A stretch of DNA of 58,564 nucleotides, the filler included, from Stramenopiles sp. TOSAG23-6 (Eukaryota): NCBI GenBank assembly GCA_900128565.1. It is 2 parts of 2 records of this genome, joined end to end, with 100 filler letters (N's around TTAATTAATTAA, not from the genome) between each part and the next. Parts side by side here need not be neighbours in the genome. Positions count along the whole stretch, not along the records: positions 1 to 29,239 come from LT635972.1; 1 more part is not named here. One strand, written 5' to 3'. The stretch's first letter is position 1. Every line of letters starts with the position of its first letter. Made by a program: the position numbers and the translations under genes. Positions 1 through 9,940 of the stretch are shown in pieces. Under the pieces are notes generated by a model, which saw nothing but the letters and a program-made list of their open reading frames with translations, had not been told where the DNA came from and did not search any database.

Positions 1-334
1 TTTTATGACAAAAGCCCACGACAAAAGTTTTGAAATAGTGTCAAGTTCATTATTATCTTGCTTAGCACCCAATGAGATAATTTGTCTAGTAGCCCCATTA
101 AAATCACCTCTGAAATCAGCAAATTCCAGAAAAATGGAGTCACACAAGATCATTTTAATGGGGCTACTAGAAAAATTATCTCATTGGTACCTAAGCATGG
201 TAATAATGAACTTGACACTATTTCAAAACTTTTGTCGTGGGCTTTTGTCATAAAATTAATTATTTTTGTCATTTTGAAGCATCTATTGTCTCAGAAATGA
301 CCGAAATCACGAAAAACGTACCCGACTACCTTAA
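1..334. mobile_element. Palindromic (foldback/MITE-like) element, left end cut by window start
   Basis: 1-55 is the exact reverse complement of 201-255; the match continues imperfectly over 56-104 vs 152-200; segment ends ...CCCGACTACC followed by TTAA (331-334). Confidence 0.6.
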
Positions 335-458
335 AGTTTTACAGTAGTAATCTAATCTATCTATTAATGTAAAAGTGGTACTAAATAATTCTACTCATCT
401 TGGTTAACCACATTTGCAAGTATTTTGTTGTTTGCTCCAGAGGCTTTATCAACTATAG

Positions 459-2054
459 ATGGTAGCAGGGTGGTATCAGGATTTACAAACCGTAAATATT
501 CAGACATATAAACTTGATAATGAGGTAACACCAACACCTCGAAGTTCTAGACCGCAATTAGTGCCTAAAACAGCTATTTCAGTTCCACCAAAAATACTTT
601 CCACGAAAAACGCTCAACAGCATTGTTCATATAAATACAAGCCTTCTTACAATAACTTTGATATTTCCACATGGCCTTCAAAAGCACAGGGTTCTGGAAA
701 AAATGGAGTTATAGAAAAAGAGAACAACGCATCTACAATAGCCAATTTGAATATGGAAAACCAGTTTTCAGATGCAGTACCAGAACCTCCAGTGTTCGCG
801 AAAAGTAAAGAAAGTATCTTAAAGTACAATTTGCCTCATAAAACAAATAGTTACCCTCCTCCACCGGAAGGGCATCCACCATCCTCCGCTTTGCGTTTAG
901 AAAAGTTGCAGCTGCATGAAAAAGTACTTTTGTTTAGACGTGGACAAACTCGAAATAATTCGAAAAGTAGAACAGAATTCAGAGGGCGGAAGGCAATGAT
1001 GCGACTCAGAAGAGACAGAGAAAATAATCGTTTAAAACATCTGGCAATACAAATGAAGAAAAAGGATAAAATACAGCGTATGCAGCTTGCTAAAAAACAA
1101 CCAAGAATGGGAGATTTAAAAAAACTCCGAGCAAACCAAATAATAACCTTTTGTCGCAAGAAATATTCTGTTAGAGAAAATGATATTTCTCAGCATTCTG
1201 CTGTAGATGGAGAGCGGAATGTATCTGATATGGATAAAAGGGAAAGGTATAAGCGAGATAATAACAGTGTTGCAAAATCCGATGAAAGCAAAAGTAATTG
1301 TGTGAGAAATAAGAAATCTTATGAAAGCAAAAGTAATTGTGTGAGAAATAAGAAAAAGGGAATGAATAGGAGTGATTGTACCGAAAAACCTGATAAATTT
1401 AAGGATGTAAAAATAAGAAAAACGGAAAAGAATAGGAATAATGCTATTCATCGTGTTGCCTTCTTGGAAAATGAATTGCGCCAGGCAAAAACAGATGCTA
1501 TCGATTTTGCTAAGCGTGCTGCAGAAGATGCTACAAAACTTCGCAAGACAATAGTACAACTTCAAACAGAGAATGTTCATTTACGCTGCCAATTAGAAGC
1601 ATGTATGTTTTGTTTTTTTTCAAATTCCATTTTTTGTTCGTACGAAATTTTGTACCTAACGATTTTTTTTGAAATATTTTTCCAAAATACATTATTATCA
1701 CAGAAAGGCAAGTACGAAAAGTGTAATAACCGTTCATTAGAACAAAACAAAAATACAAATATTTCTATTAATGGAAAAATAGTAAGTAAAATATCTGATC
1801 ACAAGACAAAAATATCAAAAGGAGAAAAAGTACAAAGTCAAGAATGTTGCACCACTGAAAGTAATGTAGATAGTAAATTTCAAACAGCTGTATCGATAGC
1901 CCGTGCAGAAGTAAAGCTGCAACTCGAAGAATTGAGTCAAAGTGTGAATTTTGAGAAGAAAAACTATTTTGAGAAGAGTATTTCTGAAAACATTCCAAAT
2001 TCTTTATCGTCTTTATCAATTCACCCGTCAAGAAATGCCCCAACTATTCATTAG
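459..2054 (+). CDS. Hypothetical coiled-coil/low-complexity protein; exons 459-1602, 1693-2054
   Basis: Long ORF that reads through a stop-free 90-nt family intron (F/I-rich junk peptide CMFCFFSNSIF...). Confidence 0.65.
   Translation: MVAGWYQDLQTVNIQTYKLDNEVTPTPRSSRPQLVPKTAISVPPKILSTKNAQQHCSYKYKPSYNNFDISTWPSKAQGSGKNGVIEKENNASTIANLNMENQFSDAVPEPPVFAKSKESILKYNLPHKTNSYPPPPEGHPPSSALRLEKLQLHEKVLLFRRGQTRNNSKSRTEFRGRKAMMRLRRDRENNRLKHLAIQMKKKDKIQRMQLAKKQPRMGDLKKLRANQIITFCRKKYSVRENDISQHSAVDGERNVSDMDKRERYKRDNNSVAKSDESKSNCVRNKKSYESKSNCVRNKKKGMNRSDCTEKPDKFKDVKIRKTEKNRNNAIHRVAFLENELRQAKTDAIDFAKRAAEDATKLRKTIVQLQTENVHLRCQLEACMFCFFSNSIFCSYEILYLTIFFEIFFQNTLLSQKGKYEKCNNRSLEQNKNTNISINGKIVSKISDHKTKISKGEKVQSQECCTTESNVDSKFQTAVSIARAEVKLQLEELSQSVNFEKKNYFEKSISENIPNSLSSLSIHPSRNAPTIH
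1603..1692 (+). other. Family intron, GT-AT, 90 nt
   Basis: GCAT|GTATGT...CGTACGAAATTTTGTACCTAAC...AAATATTTTTCCAAAATACAT|TA; removal gives LEA-LLSQ in frame. Confidence 0.8.
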
Positions 2055-2154
2055 AAAAAGTAGAAATTATCAAGAAATGCCCTGAAGTATTCATTAGAAA
2101 AGGTAGAAATTATCGAGAAATGCCCTGAAGTATTCATTAGAAAAGGTAGAAATT
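2030..2154. repeat. Tandem repeat, 3 x 42-43 bp, across stop codon
   Basis: AGAAATGCCC...TATTCATTAGAAAARGTAGAAATT at 2031, 2073, 2116. Confidence 0.9.
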
Positions 2155-2385
2155 GTACCAATATAATTAAAAATCGCAGTAAAATTGTTTATAAAATTTT
2201 TTTGATCATTCTTCAATACAAGAGAAAACTATTTAAGGAATTCGAAGTAGCTTCATATATAGTACAGTACATGTGCTGTATGTAATATATATATGTACAA
2301 AAACAGTGTCATAGGGTAGGATTTAGTTAGAATATTTATTATCAATTTTAACTTGTGATTGAAATTTTCTAAAAATATTTTTTGT

Positions 2386-3648
2386 TTAGTTAGGATTTTG
2401 ATTTTCAAGGCTAAGATCATTCATTCCACCAGGGGCGAGAAGACCCAAAATTCCATCGCCTGTTTCACCAGTAATAACCATGTTACTGTTTTTGGCAATT
2501 CCAGTAAGCACATCAAGTCTCAAATTCTGTACTTCAAACTCTCTAACATCGGCTAACTGGGTAGCTGCAGACTTTTCAATATTCGCATCCAGTTCGATTA
2601 TTTTTGCTTTTTTCTTAGCCACGTCAACACCTGCCTCTGCAAGAACAAATCGACTTTGATAATTTTGTTCGGCTGTCACTTTGCGAGCGTCACAAGTAGC
2701 TCGCGTACGTTCTACAACCTTTGTCGCATCACGTTTGCCATCTTGTGTAGCAACAGATACTTTCGATTGCGCCTCTACAATAGCTACTTCCGTTCGACTT
2801 GACTCATTTACTATACAAACATCACGATGATTCAATGCAGCTGTAAGTCTTTCCTCTCGATTAATAATTGCTCTTTCAGTCTCCGCAGTTAGATCCTGAA
2901 CAGATCGTTTATTTTCTTTCATAATTTGTTCAAGTCGTTGAGCAGCATCGTCATTGACTTTTCGCATTTCAGCAGTGTGTTTCTTCTCCTGTTGTTCCAT
3001 TTGTGTTTCAAATGATGTTCGTGACTGGAGAGTGGCTTCAAGACTTGCTGGGAGTTGTACATTAGTGATCTTTACATTTTTGATTTCAACACCATAAGGT
3101 TTCATAGTTCTATTCAACCCACCTTTCATCCCTAAAGCAAACTCTTCTCTCAAATCAAGAACTTTCATCACAGGAACCCGATTAACCAGTGCACGGATTG
3201 CTTCTTCAACTTCTGCGGACAACAATTCGTCAAAATTACATGCCCCGAGGTGATAAATAAACTTCTTTGCGTCCTCAATTTTTGGTCCAATTTGGAAAGT
3301 TAAACCAAGGTCAACTTCGACCATAACGTTATCAATTGTTGGACAATTCGCTACAGGATGATTGTATGATATTCCCTTACGTGTAACAATGTGTGAAACA
3401 CGATAATACCCAGGCCAGCAACAAATAAAACCAGTCGGCGCCTCACCCTGATCTTTAAACCATTTTTGGTGCAAGACCCAATAGCCAGAAGGTATTGTGA
3501 TACACGTGTTACAACACCAACCGGAAGTTGGTACAAGAACAATAGGCTGCTCGTTGTTGTTCTCAGCTCTGGCAAATACAGCAGCTGCTTCACCCACTGA
3601 TGATATATGCTTCTGAACAACACGTGATTTAACCTTTCTACGGGACAT
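2386..3648 (-). CDS. SPFH/Band-7 (stomatin-like) domain protein with coiled-coil tail
   Basis: CPTIDNVMVEVDLGLTFQI...EEAIRALV...PYGVEIKNVKITNVQLP is typical of SPFH; first ATG at 3648. Confidence 0.85.
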   Translation of the reverse strand: MSRRKVKSRVVQKHISSVGEAAAVFARAENNNEQPIVLVPTSGWCCNTCITIPSGYWVLHQKWFKDQGEAPTGFICCWPGYYRVSHIVTRKGISYNHPVANCPTIDNVMVEVDLGLTFQIGPKIEDAKKFIYHLGACNFDELLSAEVEEAIRALVNRVPVMKVLDLREEFALGMKGGLNRTMKPYGVEIKNVKITNVQLPASLEATLQSRTSFETQMEQQEKKHTAEMRKVNDDAAQRLEQIMKENKRSVQDLTAETERAIINREERLTAALNHRDVCIVNESSRTEVAIVEAQSKVSVATQDGKRDATKVVERTRATCDARKVTAEQNYQSRFVLAEAGVDVAKKKAKIIELDANIEKSAATQLADVREFEVQNLRLDVLTGIAKNSNMVITGETGDGILGLLAPGGMNDLSLENQNPN

Positions 3649-3944
3649 TGTTTCGCAAAACAAAATTAAAGAAAAAGCGCGCAAGAAAGTAAATACAGTA
3701 ACAATAAGTTCACAACATTTTGGCCAAAAAAAAAGTTTTGGACAGTCTTTATAACACGTGGCAATCTAAATCATCTCACCGATTATTCATTTTTCTAACA
3801 CGAAATCTATTAAATAAGGTCAATAATCGAAGTTAAAAAACGAGTTTATTATATATTTTTTCCTGAAAAAAATGACGTTGTATCACAATATCATTGAATG
3901 TAAGAATTCATCAATGGTAAATATTTTCATCATTATTCTTCTTT

Positions 3945-5807
3945 TTACTCTTTTTTTTTTGCAAACTTATTTATGTTATTTGTTTCTATGAAATGCATAA
4001 ACTCATCTGGTTTCATTTTCCCTGTTTCAGGAAAGTAAAATATACATTTCAATAGTCTGATTTCTTCAGCGTTTAGTTGTATTGAACGTTTCTTTAATGA
4101 ACGTTTTATACCCTTCTCGAACACTGCCCAGTCAAGATGTCTTGATCCATCTATTCCCATCCAATGGAACTGCTTGGTAATACTAATGCCTCCTCGAGAA
4201 TACGCATGGTCACGGAGCTTCTTGTGCAAATTACTAAGAGTAGTATGGGAAGTACCCAAGTCTTTCAAACGTCTGGATAAAACCTTATCAAAATGACGTA
4301 TAAACACAGCTCCTAGCCTCTGTGGTTCAAACATAACAAAATGCTCAAACTCACTTCGATCAATTTGACCATCCTTATTTCCATCAAGTATTTCTTTTAC
4401 ACACAAAATCTCTGTTTTAGAAAGGTCAACTAATGTACGAAGTGTGTGAGAAAATTCTTCCCAGTCTAAGACACCGGAGTTGCTGATATCATCACCGGTN
4501 CAATGAAATTTTGAACTTACATCAAAACCATTTGCACTCAACGACTTTGAGCGTAACTTTAATTGTATCTTTAGAATAGCTTGTTGTGATAACTGACAAC
4601 TTGTCATTCGTTGTTGTAGCCCTAGTCTGTATTTTCTGGCCTCAATTGATGCTTTCGAATAAACGGATTGGATTAACTCGATAGCTTCTAGACCCTGGGC
4701 TGGTTCAACATTTGCACTTTTTAAGTATTTTGCTTTCCTTAATTCGGTATTTTTGCGGGTTAATTCAATTAGTTCTTTGCGAGACCACGACTTACCCTTG
4801 TAAAAAGCAACGCCTGCTGGATTGTGTGACCTATTCAGTTGATCTTCTATTGCAAACTGTATTTCTTCTGCTTCTACTACATTATCCACACAAGCTTTGT
4901 CCTCCTTGGCTTCGGCCAAGTGTCGCAAATATTTCATATGCTTACTTAATTCGCTGCACCTCAGAATAGCTTTTGATAATTTTGAAAAGTAGTTTTCATT
5001 ATTATGATGAGGTGATTCGTAAAACATCCTCAGTGCATGTTTCTTTTTTTCTGCAAACTCGTCCCAGGAGATAGATCCATCAGACGCTATTTTGAAGATA
5101 TTATACAAACGACGATTCAAACGAGGTGAAGGTTTTTTTTGTTCATGGAGTAGGGTTTTGAGTAATTCAAGAAATGTATCGAAATCTGGATAACCTTTGT
5201 GTTTCTTTGCAAGAATACGTAATATGCTTACTTGGCTCTTTGCCTCCCTCGAAATAATTTCTTGATATTTTAAGGAGTCTTTAGCTCTTTCTATTTTATA
5301 TTCTAAAGAATCAGTGTCTGTCCTGGATATTTTATGCAATTGCTCTGGACTGCAGTTCATAAAGTTATTAAGTGTGTCAATGTCAATGAAGCCATCACTA
5401 TGTGTGTCCATTAGGGTACCTAAAACCTGAAGATCTATATTTGTCAACTCGAGTTCAAGTTGTGAGGCATTGAAAAACTTCTCCCAAGTTAAAACACCAA
5501 CCGATTCACCGTTGTTTCCTTTGAAAATTTTTGTAATACCTTCTTTTCCTTCCCAGATGGGTGCTTTCAATTTTGCCTGTAACGCCGAAAGTTGAGAATA
5601 AGGAATACAATACAGCTCTTTATGGATACTTATATTTGATGATTTTTGGTCGTTTTTTGATCTTTTAGAATGTACGCGTGATGCTGGCACCAGCGACCTG
5701 CCAGCGCGTGCAATACCATGAGCAACAACTCCCGGAGCATGTTCAATGTCATGAATAGCAGTACTGCAAGCGTGCTCAATACGATGAATCAATCCAACTT
5801 TATGCAT
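3945..5807 (-). CDS. Multi-EF-hand calcium-binding protein
   Basis: EF-hand loops DTHSDGFIDIDT, DISNSGVLDWEEF, DGNKDGQIDRSEF in a 620-aa ORF. Confidence 0.8.
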   Translation of the reverse strand: MHKVGLIHRIEHACSTAIHDIEHAPGVVAHGIARAGRSLVPASRVHSKRSKNDQKSSNISIHKELYCIPYSQLSALQAKLKAPIWEGKEGITKIFKGNNGESVGVLTWEKFFNASQLELELTNIDLQVLGTLMDTHSDGFIDIDTLNNFMNCSPEQLHKISRTDTDSLEYKIERAKDSLKYQEIISREAKSQVSILRILAKKHKGYPDFDTFLELLKTLLHEQKKPSPRLNRRLYNIFKIASDGSISWDEFAEKKKHALRMFYESPHHNNENYFSKLSKAILRCSELSKHMKYLRHLAEAKEDKACVDNVVEAEEIQFAIEDQLNRSHNPAGVAFYKGKSWSRKELIELTRKNTELRKAKYLKSANVEPAQGLEAIELIQSVYSKASIEARKYRLGLQQRMTSCQLSQQAILKIQLKLRSKSLSANGFDVSSKFHXTGDDISNSGVLDWEEFSHTLRTLVDLSKTEILCVKEILDGNKDGQIDRSEFEHFVMFEPQRLGAVFIRHFDKVLSRRLKDLGTSHTTLSNLHKKLRDHAYSRGGISITKQFHWMGIDGSRHLDWAVFEKGIKRSLKKRSIQLNAEEIRLLKCIFYFPETGKMKPDEFMHFIETNNINKFAKKKE

Positions 5808-6127
5808 TTTATAGAGAGATTGAAAATTTAGTTTATAGCATTTTTATAAAATGAAAAGCTTCGTCTCGCATAATTTTGACATATTTAATCATTAGGGTAT
5901 ACCAAAGCAACTAAAGAACGTTACGAAACGGCACTAGTAGCTACCATATATCCGATATATATATATACGGTACGTACGTACTAGTCAATTTTTGTGCAAT
6001 TTTTGTGTGACGTCATTTTGAATTTTGATGTGATCGATCGAATATATTATAAAAGATTCTCCTTATTCAGATACTCAAGTTGTTAATGTTTTTCTAGAGT
6101 AAAGTAGCGCTAGCATATCATTAAGCT

Positions 6128-7750
6128 ATGGTAAACACCGAAAATTGGGTCCCGGACGTTGAGCGTTCACATTGTGTTCAATGTGGCATTTTATTTACAT
6201 TATTACGTCGTAAACACCATTGTCGTAAATGTGGTGATATTTTTTGTGCTACGTGTGCATCACGTAGTAAAGTAATTCTATCCGTGTCTAAGTTTGCAGT
6301 TAGGATATGTGATCTTTGCTTTGTAGAGCCTAATAGATTACTGAATAGGGGTACAGAAGATTATAATGATAACACTACTTTGGTGTCGTTTGCACCATCA
6401 AAATTGTCATCAGAGTCATCAAAATTGTCATCAGAGCCATCAAAATTAATTAATTCATCACAAAATTTGGATGAAAATGGAAACCGATATCAAAAGTTAC
6501 TCAAAAAAATCATCCCAAATTTACTAATGAGGTTACAGAGTGACAAAGATTGGTCTTTAGTAGGAGAGACAAATGGAATGAAAACATATCAACCTAAATT
6601 TACTCCTGATGAAAATTTTGCCTGTGCAAAGGGGACTTGTATTTTCGAATGCCCACCACAATTAATATGGGCATCTATTACTGATTTTTCAAAAAATAGA
6701 AATAATTTTGACAAGTCTTTTGATGGGTCAAAACTTATCGAGCAGATAGACGAAGCTACACATGTACGACATATTCTTTCAAAGCCAATTTGGCCTGCGT
6801 ATGGAAGAGATGTTTGTCTCTTGATTAATTCAAGAANGCTTGATAATGATGATACACGTATGCAACCTCTGTTAAGTCTAGGTGTTAGTATTGAGCATAA
6901 TGATTGTCCTCTATCCGAGGACACGAAAGTTCCAGTTTGTGGTGATAGTGGAGCTTCCAACTACGTCCGTTGTGTTTGTGGTCCTGGTGCATGGCTTCTA
7001 ACACCTATTAGATCAAATAACGATACAAAAATTCACACTAAAGCGTCACTAATCATTAATGTAAATCCCGGCGGAAGCCTTCCCACTAGAATAGTCAGAG
7101 CTGCCATTACAAGTCAATTATCAGTGATGCTGAACTTAAAAGAATTACTAAGTAAAGGCAAATTTATGCAGCAATTTCAATCTACAACGTGGCCCCCAAT
7201 GCCATTATATAATCTTGAGAATAAAAAAAAACTTGAAGGAGGTACCACACGGCAAATTCGAAAATCTTTAGGTAAGAAATTTTACGAGAAATGTGATGTG
7301 GATTCATCTTCAAGTTTGCTGGGTGATACCCCCCTCCCACAAAACGAAATTGATTCTTATAATAAACAAGTAGTAGTAACAACTTGTGCGGAAAATGAAA
7401 AAATAATATGTGATGACGCTTGCCAACTGGACACTACTGCAAACATTCAAAATAGCAGAGAAACTATAGCAAAACAATGGAATAATTTTTACTTTGATAA
7501 TTTTCTTGAAAACGTTTCATTAATTAATGTATTAGATACTGTTAGTAATGCCAAACCATATTATGCTGCGTGTTTTGTGATCATACTACCATTATTGTAT
7601 TATGCTTTTGCAGTATATCAAATTATAAGCATTCAAATAGCTTTTTTATGTATATCTTTTGGGTTATTTTGGAAACATTCAGTGGCTATACCGTGTGGTA
7701 CTACGCATTGTCAAATGTCAGGTAAATTAACAAACATTAAAAACAAATAA
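6128..7750 (+). CDS. FYVE + START lipid-binding protein with C-terminal hydrophobic segment
   Basis: WVPD, RRKHHCRKCG, VRICDLC (FYVE); KPIWPAYGRDVC and NPGGSLP (START). Confidence 0.9.
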   Translation: MVNTENWVPDVERSHCVQCGILFTLLRRKHHCRKCGDIFCATCASRSKVILSVSKFAVRICDLCFVEPNRLLNRGTEDYNDNTTLVSFAPSKLSSESSKLSSEPSKLINSSQNLDENGNRYQKLLKKIIPNLLMRLQSDKDWSLVGETNGMKTYQPKFTPDENFACAKGTCIFECPPQLIWASITDFSKNRNNFDKSFDGSKLIEQIDEATHVRHILSKPIWPAYGRDVCLLINSRXLDNDDTRMQPLLSLGVSIEHNDCPLSEDTKVPVCGDSGASNYVRCVCGPGAWLLTPIRSNNDTKIHTKASLIINVNPGGSLPTRIVRAAITSQLSVMLNLKELLSKGKFMQQFQSTTWPPMPLYNLENKKKLEGGTTRQIRKSLGKKFYEKCDVDSSSSLLGDTPLPQNEIDSYNKQVVVTTCAENEKIICDDACQLDTTANIQNSRETIAKQWNNFYFDNFLENVSLINVLDTVSNAKPYYAACFVIILPLLYYAFAVYQIISIQIAFLCISFGLFWKHSVAIPCGTTHCQMSGKLTNIKNK

Positions 7751-7943
7751 ATATCAACTACAGAATTTCGTGTTTTTCGGTTGAGAAAATATAGCAAAAA
7801 CACGAAATCATCAACGAAATCTAAATCGCGATCATATTCGGAGATAAACTTGACCCCTCATCAAAGTCGTCAAGGAGACATTTGCATGATACCATAGAGT
7901 AGACTAAGTAGAGTATCATTGAGTAGTAACATCTAACATAAAA

Positions 7944-8600
7944 ATGGGTTCAGGTGCATCAACCAACCAAAGTAAAAGAACAATGAAAAACTTGGAGAAT
8001 GCGAGAAAATCTAGACGTGTAACCCGGGTGGAAGTAAACATTGAGAATTTAAAGCTAGGAAACGGTTGTTCGGACTCACAAATCGTCGGCACTAAAGTTA
8101 CGGGTAATGCTGCTTCTACAAAACGTCCTGTACTATGCAATGGCATGGTAACAGAGTATCCAATTCGTAGAACTTCGACCGAACGAAAGCGTAGATCTAA
8201 AAATCGAAGGGATTCCATGAGAGTACTGAAAGATGCACACAAACGAGAGTTGGTGGAACAGAAAGTCACATCGAAGTCGGACTTACTCGAAGAAGAAACT
8301 GATGGATATACTAACGATAAAGCTCATACAATTGCAACAACTAGCTTTCCATCACTTGAAGGTGGTGCAAGTCATCCGAAAATAGGGGAGAAAGAACGAG
8401 GTGGATTAAGTTGCTTTCTTGATTGGGCAACAGATGTTGGTAAAGATGCAGGTATATTATGTCGGCATAGTGTGAAGCGTTTATCTAATAGTAGCTCATC
8501 AGGATTAGCTCAAGTTAGAAGACTGTCTACCTCTAGTTTTGAAAAGGTTCGAAGGATGTCTAGTCGGAGAAGCAATCAAAAAATGCATAACTCAACTTGA
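7944..8600 (+). CDS. Hypothetical protein, possible N-myristoylation (MGSGAS)
   Basis: 218-aa ATG-initiated ORF with MGxxxS start. Confidence 0.6.
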   Translation: MGSGASTNQSKRTMKNLENARKSRRVTRVEVNIENLKLGNGCSDSQIVGTKVTGNAASTKRPVLCNGMVTEYPIRRTSTERKRRSKNRRDSMRVLKDAHKRELVEQKVTSKSDLLEEETDGYTNDKAHTIATTSFPSLEGGASHPKIGEKERGGLSCFLDWATDVGKDAGILCRHSVKRLSNSSSSGLAQVRRLSTSSFEKVRRMSSRRSNQKMHNST

Positions 8601-8680
8601 ATATATTTATTGAATATAAAGTTTCAATTTTCGTAGGATAAAGTTTCATTATTATCAAAGCACAACCGTCAATTTCTATA

Positions 8681-9475
8681 CTAACGGGAAAGAATTTCTA
8701 ATAATACTGATGTGCGTATTGTCCCAGAGCTTTTTTTAACAACGCTGAACAACCGCCCAGAAGGTATGTCTCTCATTGCGGTTGCTATATGTAGTAAATA
8801 TTCAGTTAACTCCTCATGACTCTTCTCTAAAAAAATATCAAGACTATCACGATTGAAGTGCTCTAATATTCCTCGATTGAAGTATGTTGGATGTTGCGCT
8901 TTTAACTGTAAATATCCTTTTTTGCAGCAGTAAAGTAGAGCGCTGCGTTCGGTAGCAAATACATGGGGAACAAGCTGATTCTCAAAAGCTGTTCCATTGT
9001 CTTTCCACGAAAGGCAGTTTACATGAAATAACGTGTCACACGGGCTAGATTTACTAATGGGCTTACCTACCGTTAAAACCATGCGACTAGCGATTAACGG
9101 GTCAACTCCTTCAAGCATAGGACAATTAAGGTCACTCTTTGGAAGTAAAACACTAGATTTCCGTTTTTTTCTCTCTGGTAGTATTGGAAATGGCAAAGAA
9201 CATTTTTCATCTGCTTTTATCGTTAATGTGTTTTCTATAATGTTCAATTCACGCAAAGGTGGTGAACATGAAGAAGTTGATGATATCGAACGCTCAATAT
9301 TTTCTTCCTTCGAAGAACTAGAAGATTTGCTTCCTCCATCCGCAAACTCACCATTATTTGTCGAAATGCTTGCGTGACTCCTCTTTTTACAAACCCGCCT
9401 AGTTGAAGGAATCATTTTGGCGTCCATGGTACAAAATGAGTTTTCTAAATCCATTTCGTCTTTATCTATTTTCAT
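8681..9475 (-). CDS. Hypothetical protein
   Basis: 264-aa ATG-initiated ORF, no recognised domain. Confidence 0.6.
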   Translation of the reverse strand: MKIDKDEMDLENSFCTMDAKMIPSTRRVCKKRSHASISTNNGEFADGGSKSSSSSKEENIERSISSTSSCSPPLRELNIIENTLTIKADEKCSLPFPILPERKKRKSSVLLPKSDLNCPMLEGVDPLIASRMVLTVGKPISKSSPCDTLFHVNCLSWKDNGTAFENQLVPHVFATERSALLYCCKKGYLQLKAQHPTYFNRGILEHFNRDSLDIFLEKSHEELTEYLLHIATAMRDIPSGRLFSVVKKSSGTIRTSVLLEILSR

Positions 9476-9940
9476 TTGATTATGATGATTCTGGTATGAA
9501 AAACTACTGTATTGGTCTTACTATTTTAGCGTATACAATAGTACCTTACAGTATAGTAGACCGTTAGGGTCCTCGCTAACGACTGTCGAGGAACTCAAAA
9601 AAAAATTGCTATTTTAATAAAATTTTTAATGAGATTTCGTGCATAAGATGTCAAAATTTATTAGGTATGAAATTTTGTATACCGAATTATCGGTTACATA
9701 ATATAACAGGCTCATTTCCGGTGGTTTTCTTCTCGCCCGAGGTTCTTCCATGGATGCATTCGATACACACACAGAAAACGTTCAGAATTCTCTCCATCTT
9801 TTTGCTATAAACTTTTGACACAATATAGCAAAATTGATACAGTACTGATAGCTTTTTTCTAGTTAAAGAAGAAAACGGGTTCTGGTTCATCTACAAGAGG
9901 AGAACGCGCTGACAGTGGCGCGGACTCGGAGTCTGGTGAC

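Noticed and set aside
7765-7808. 13-bp inverted repeat ATTTCGTGTTTTT / AAAAACACGAAAT after the FYVE-START gene
   Set aside because: Short and AT-rich; a bacterial-type terminator is not meaningful here and no function can be supported.
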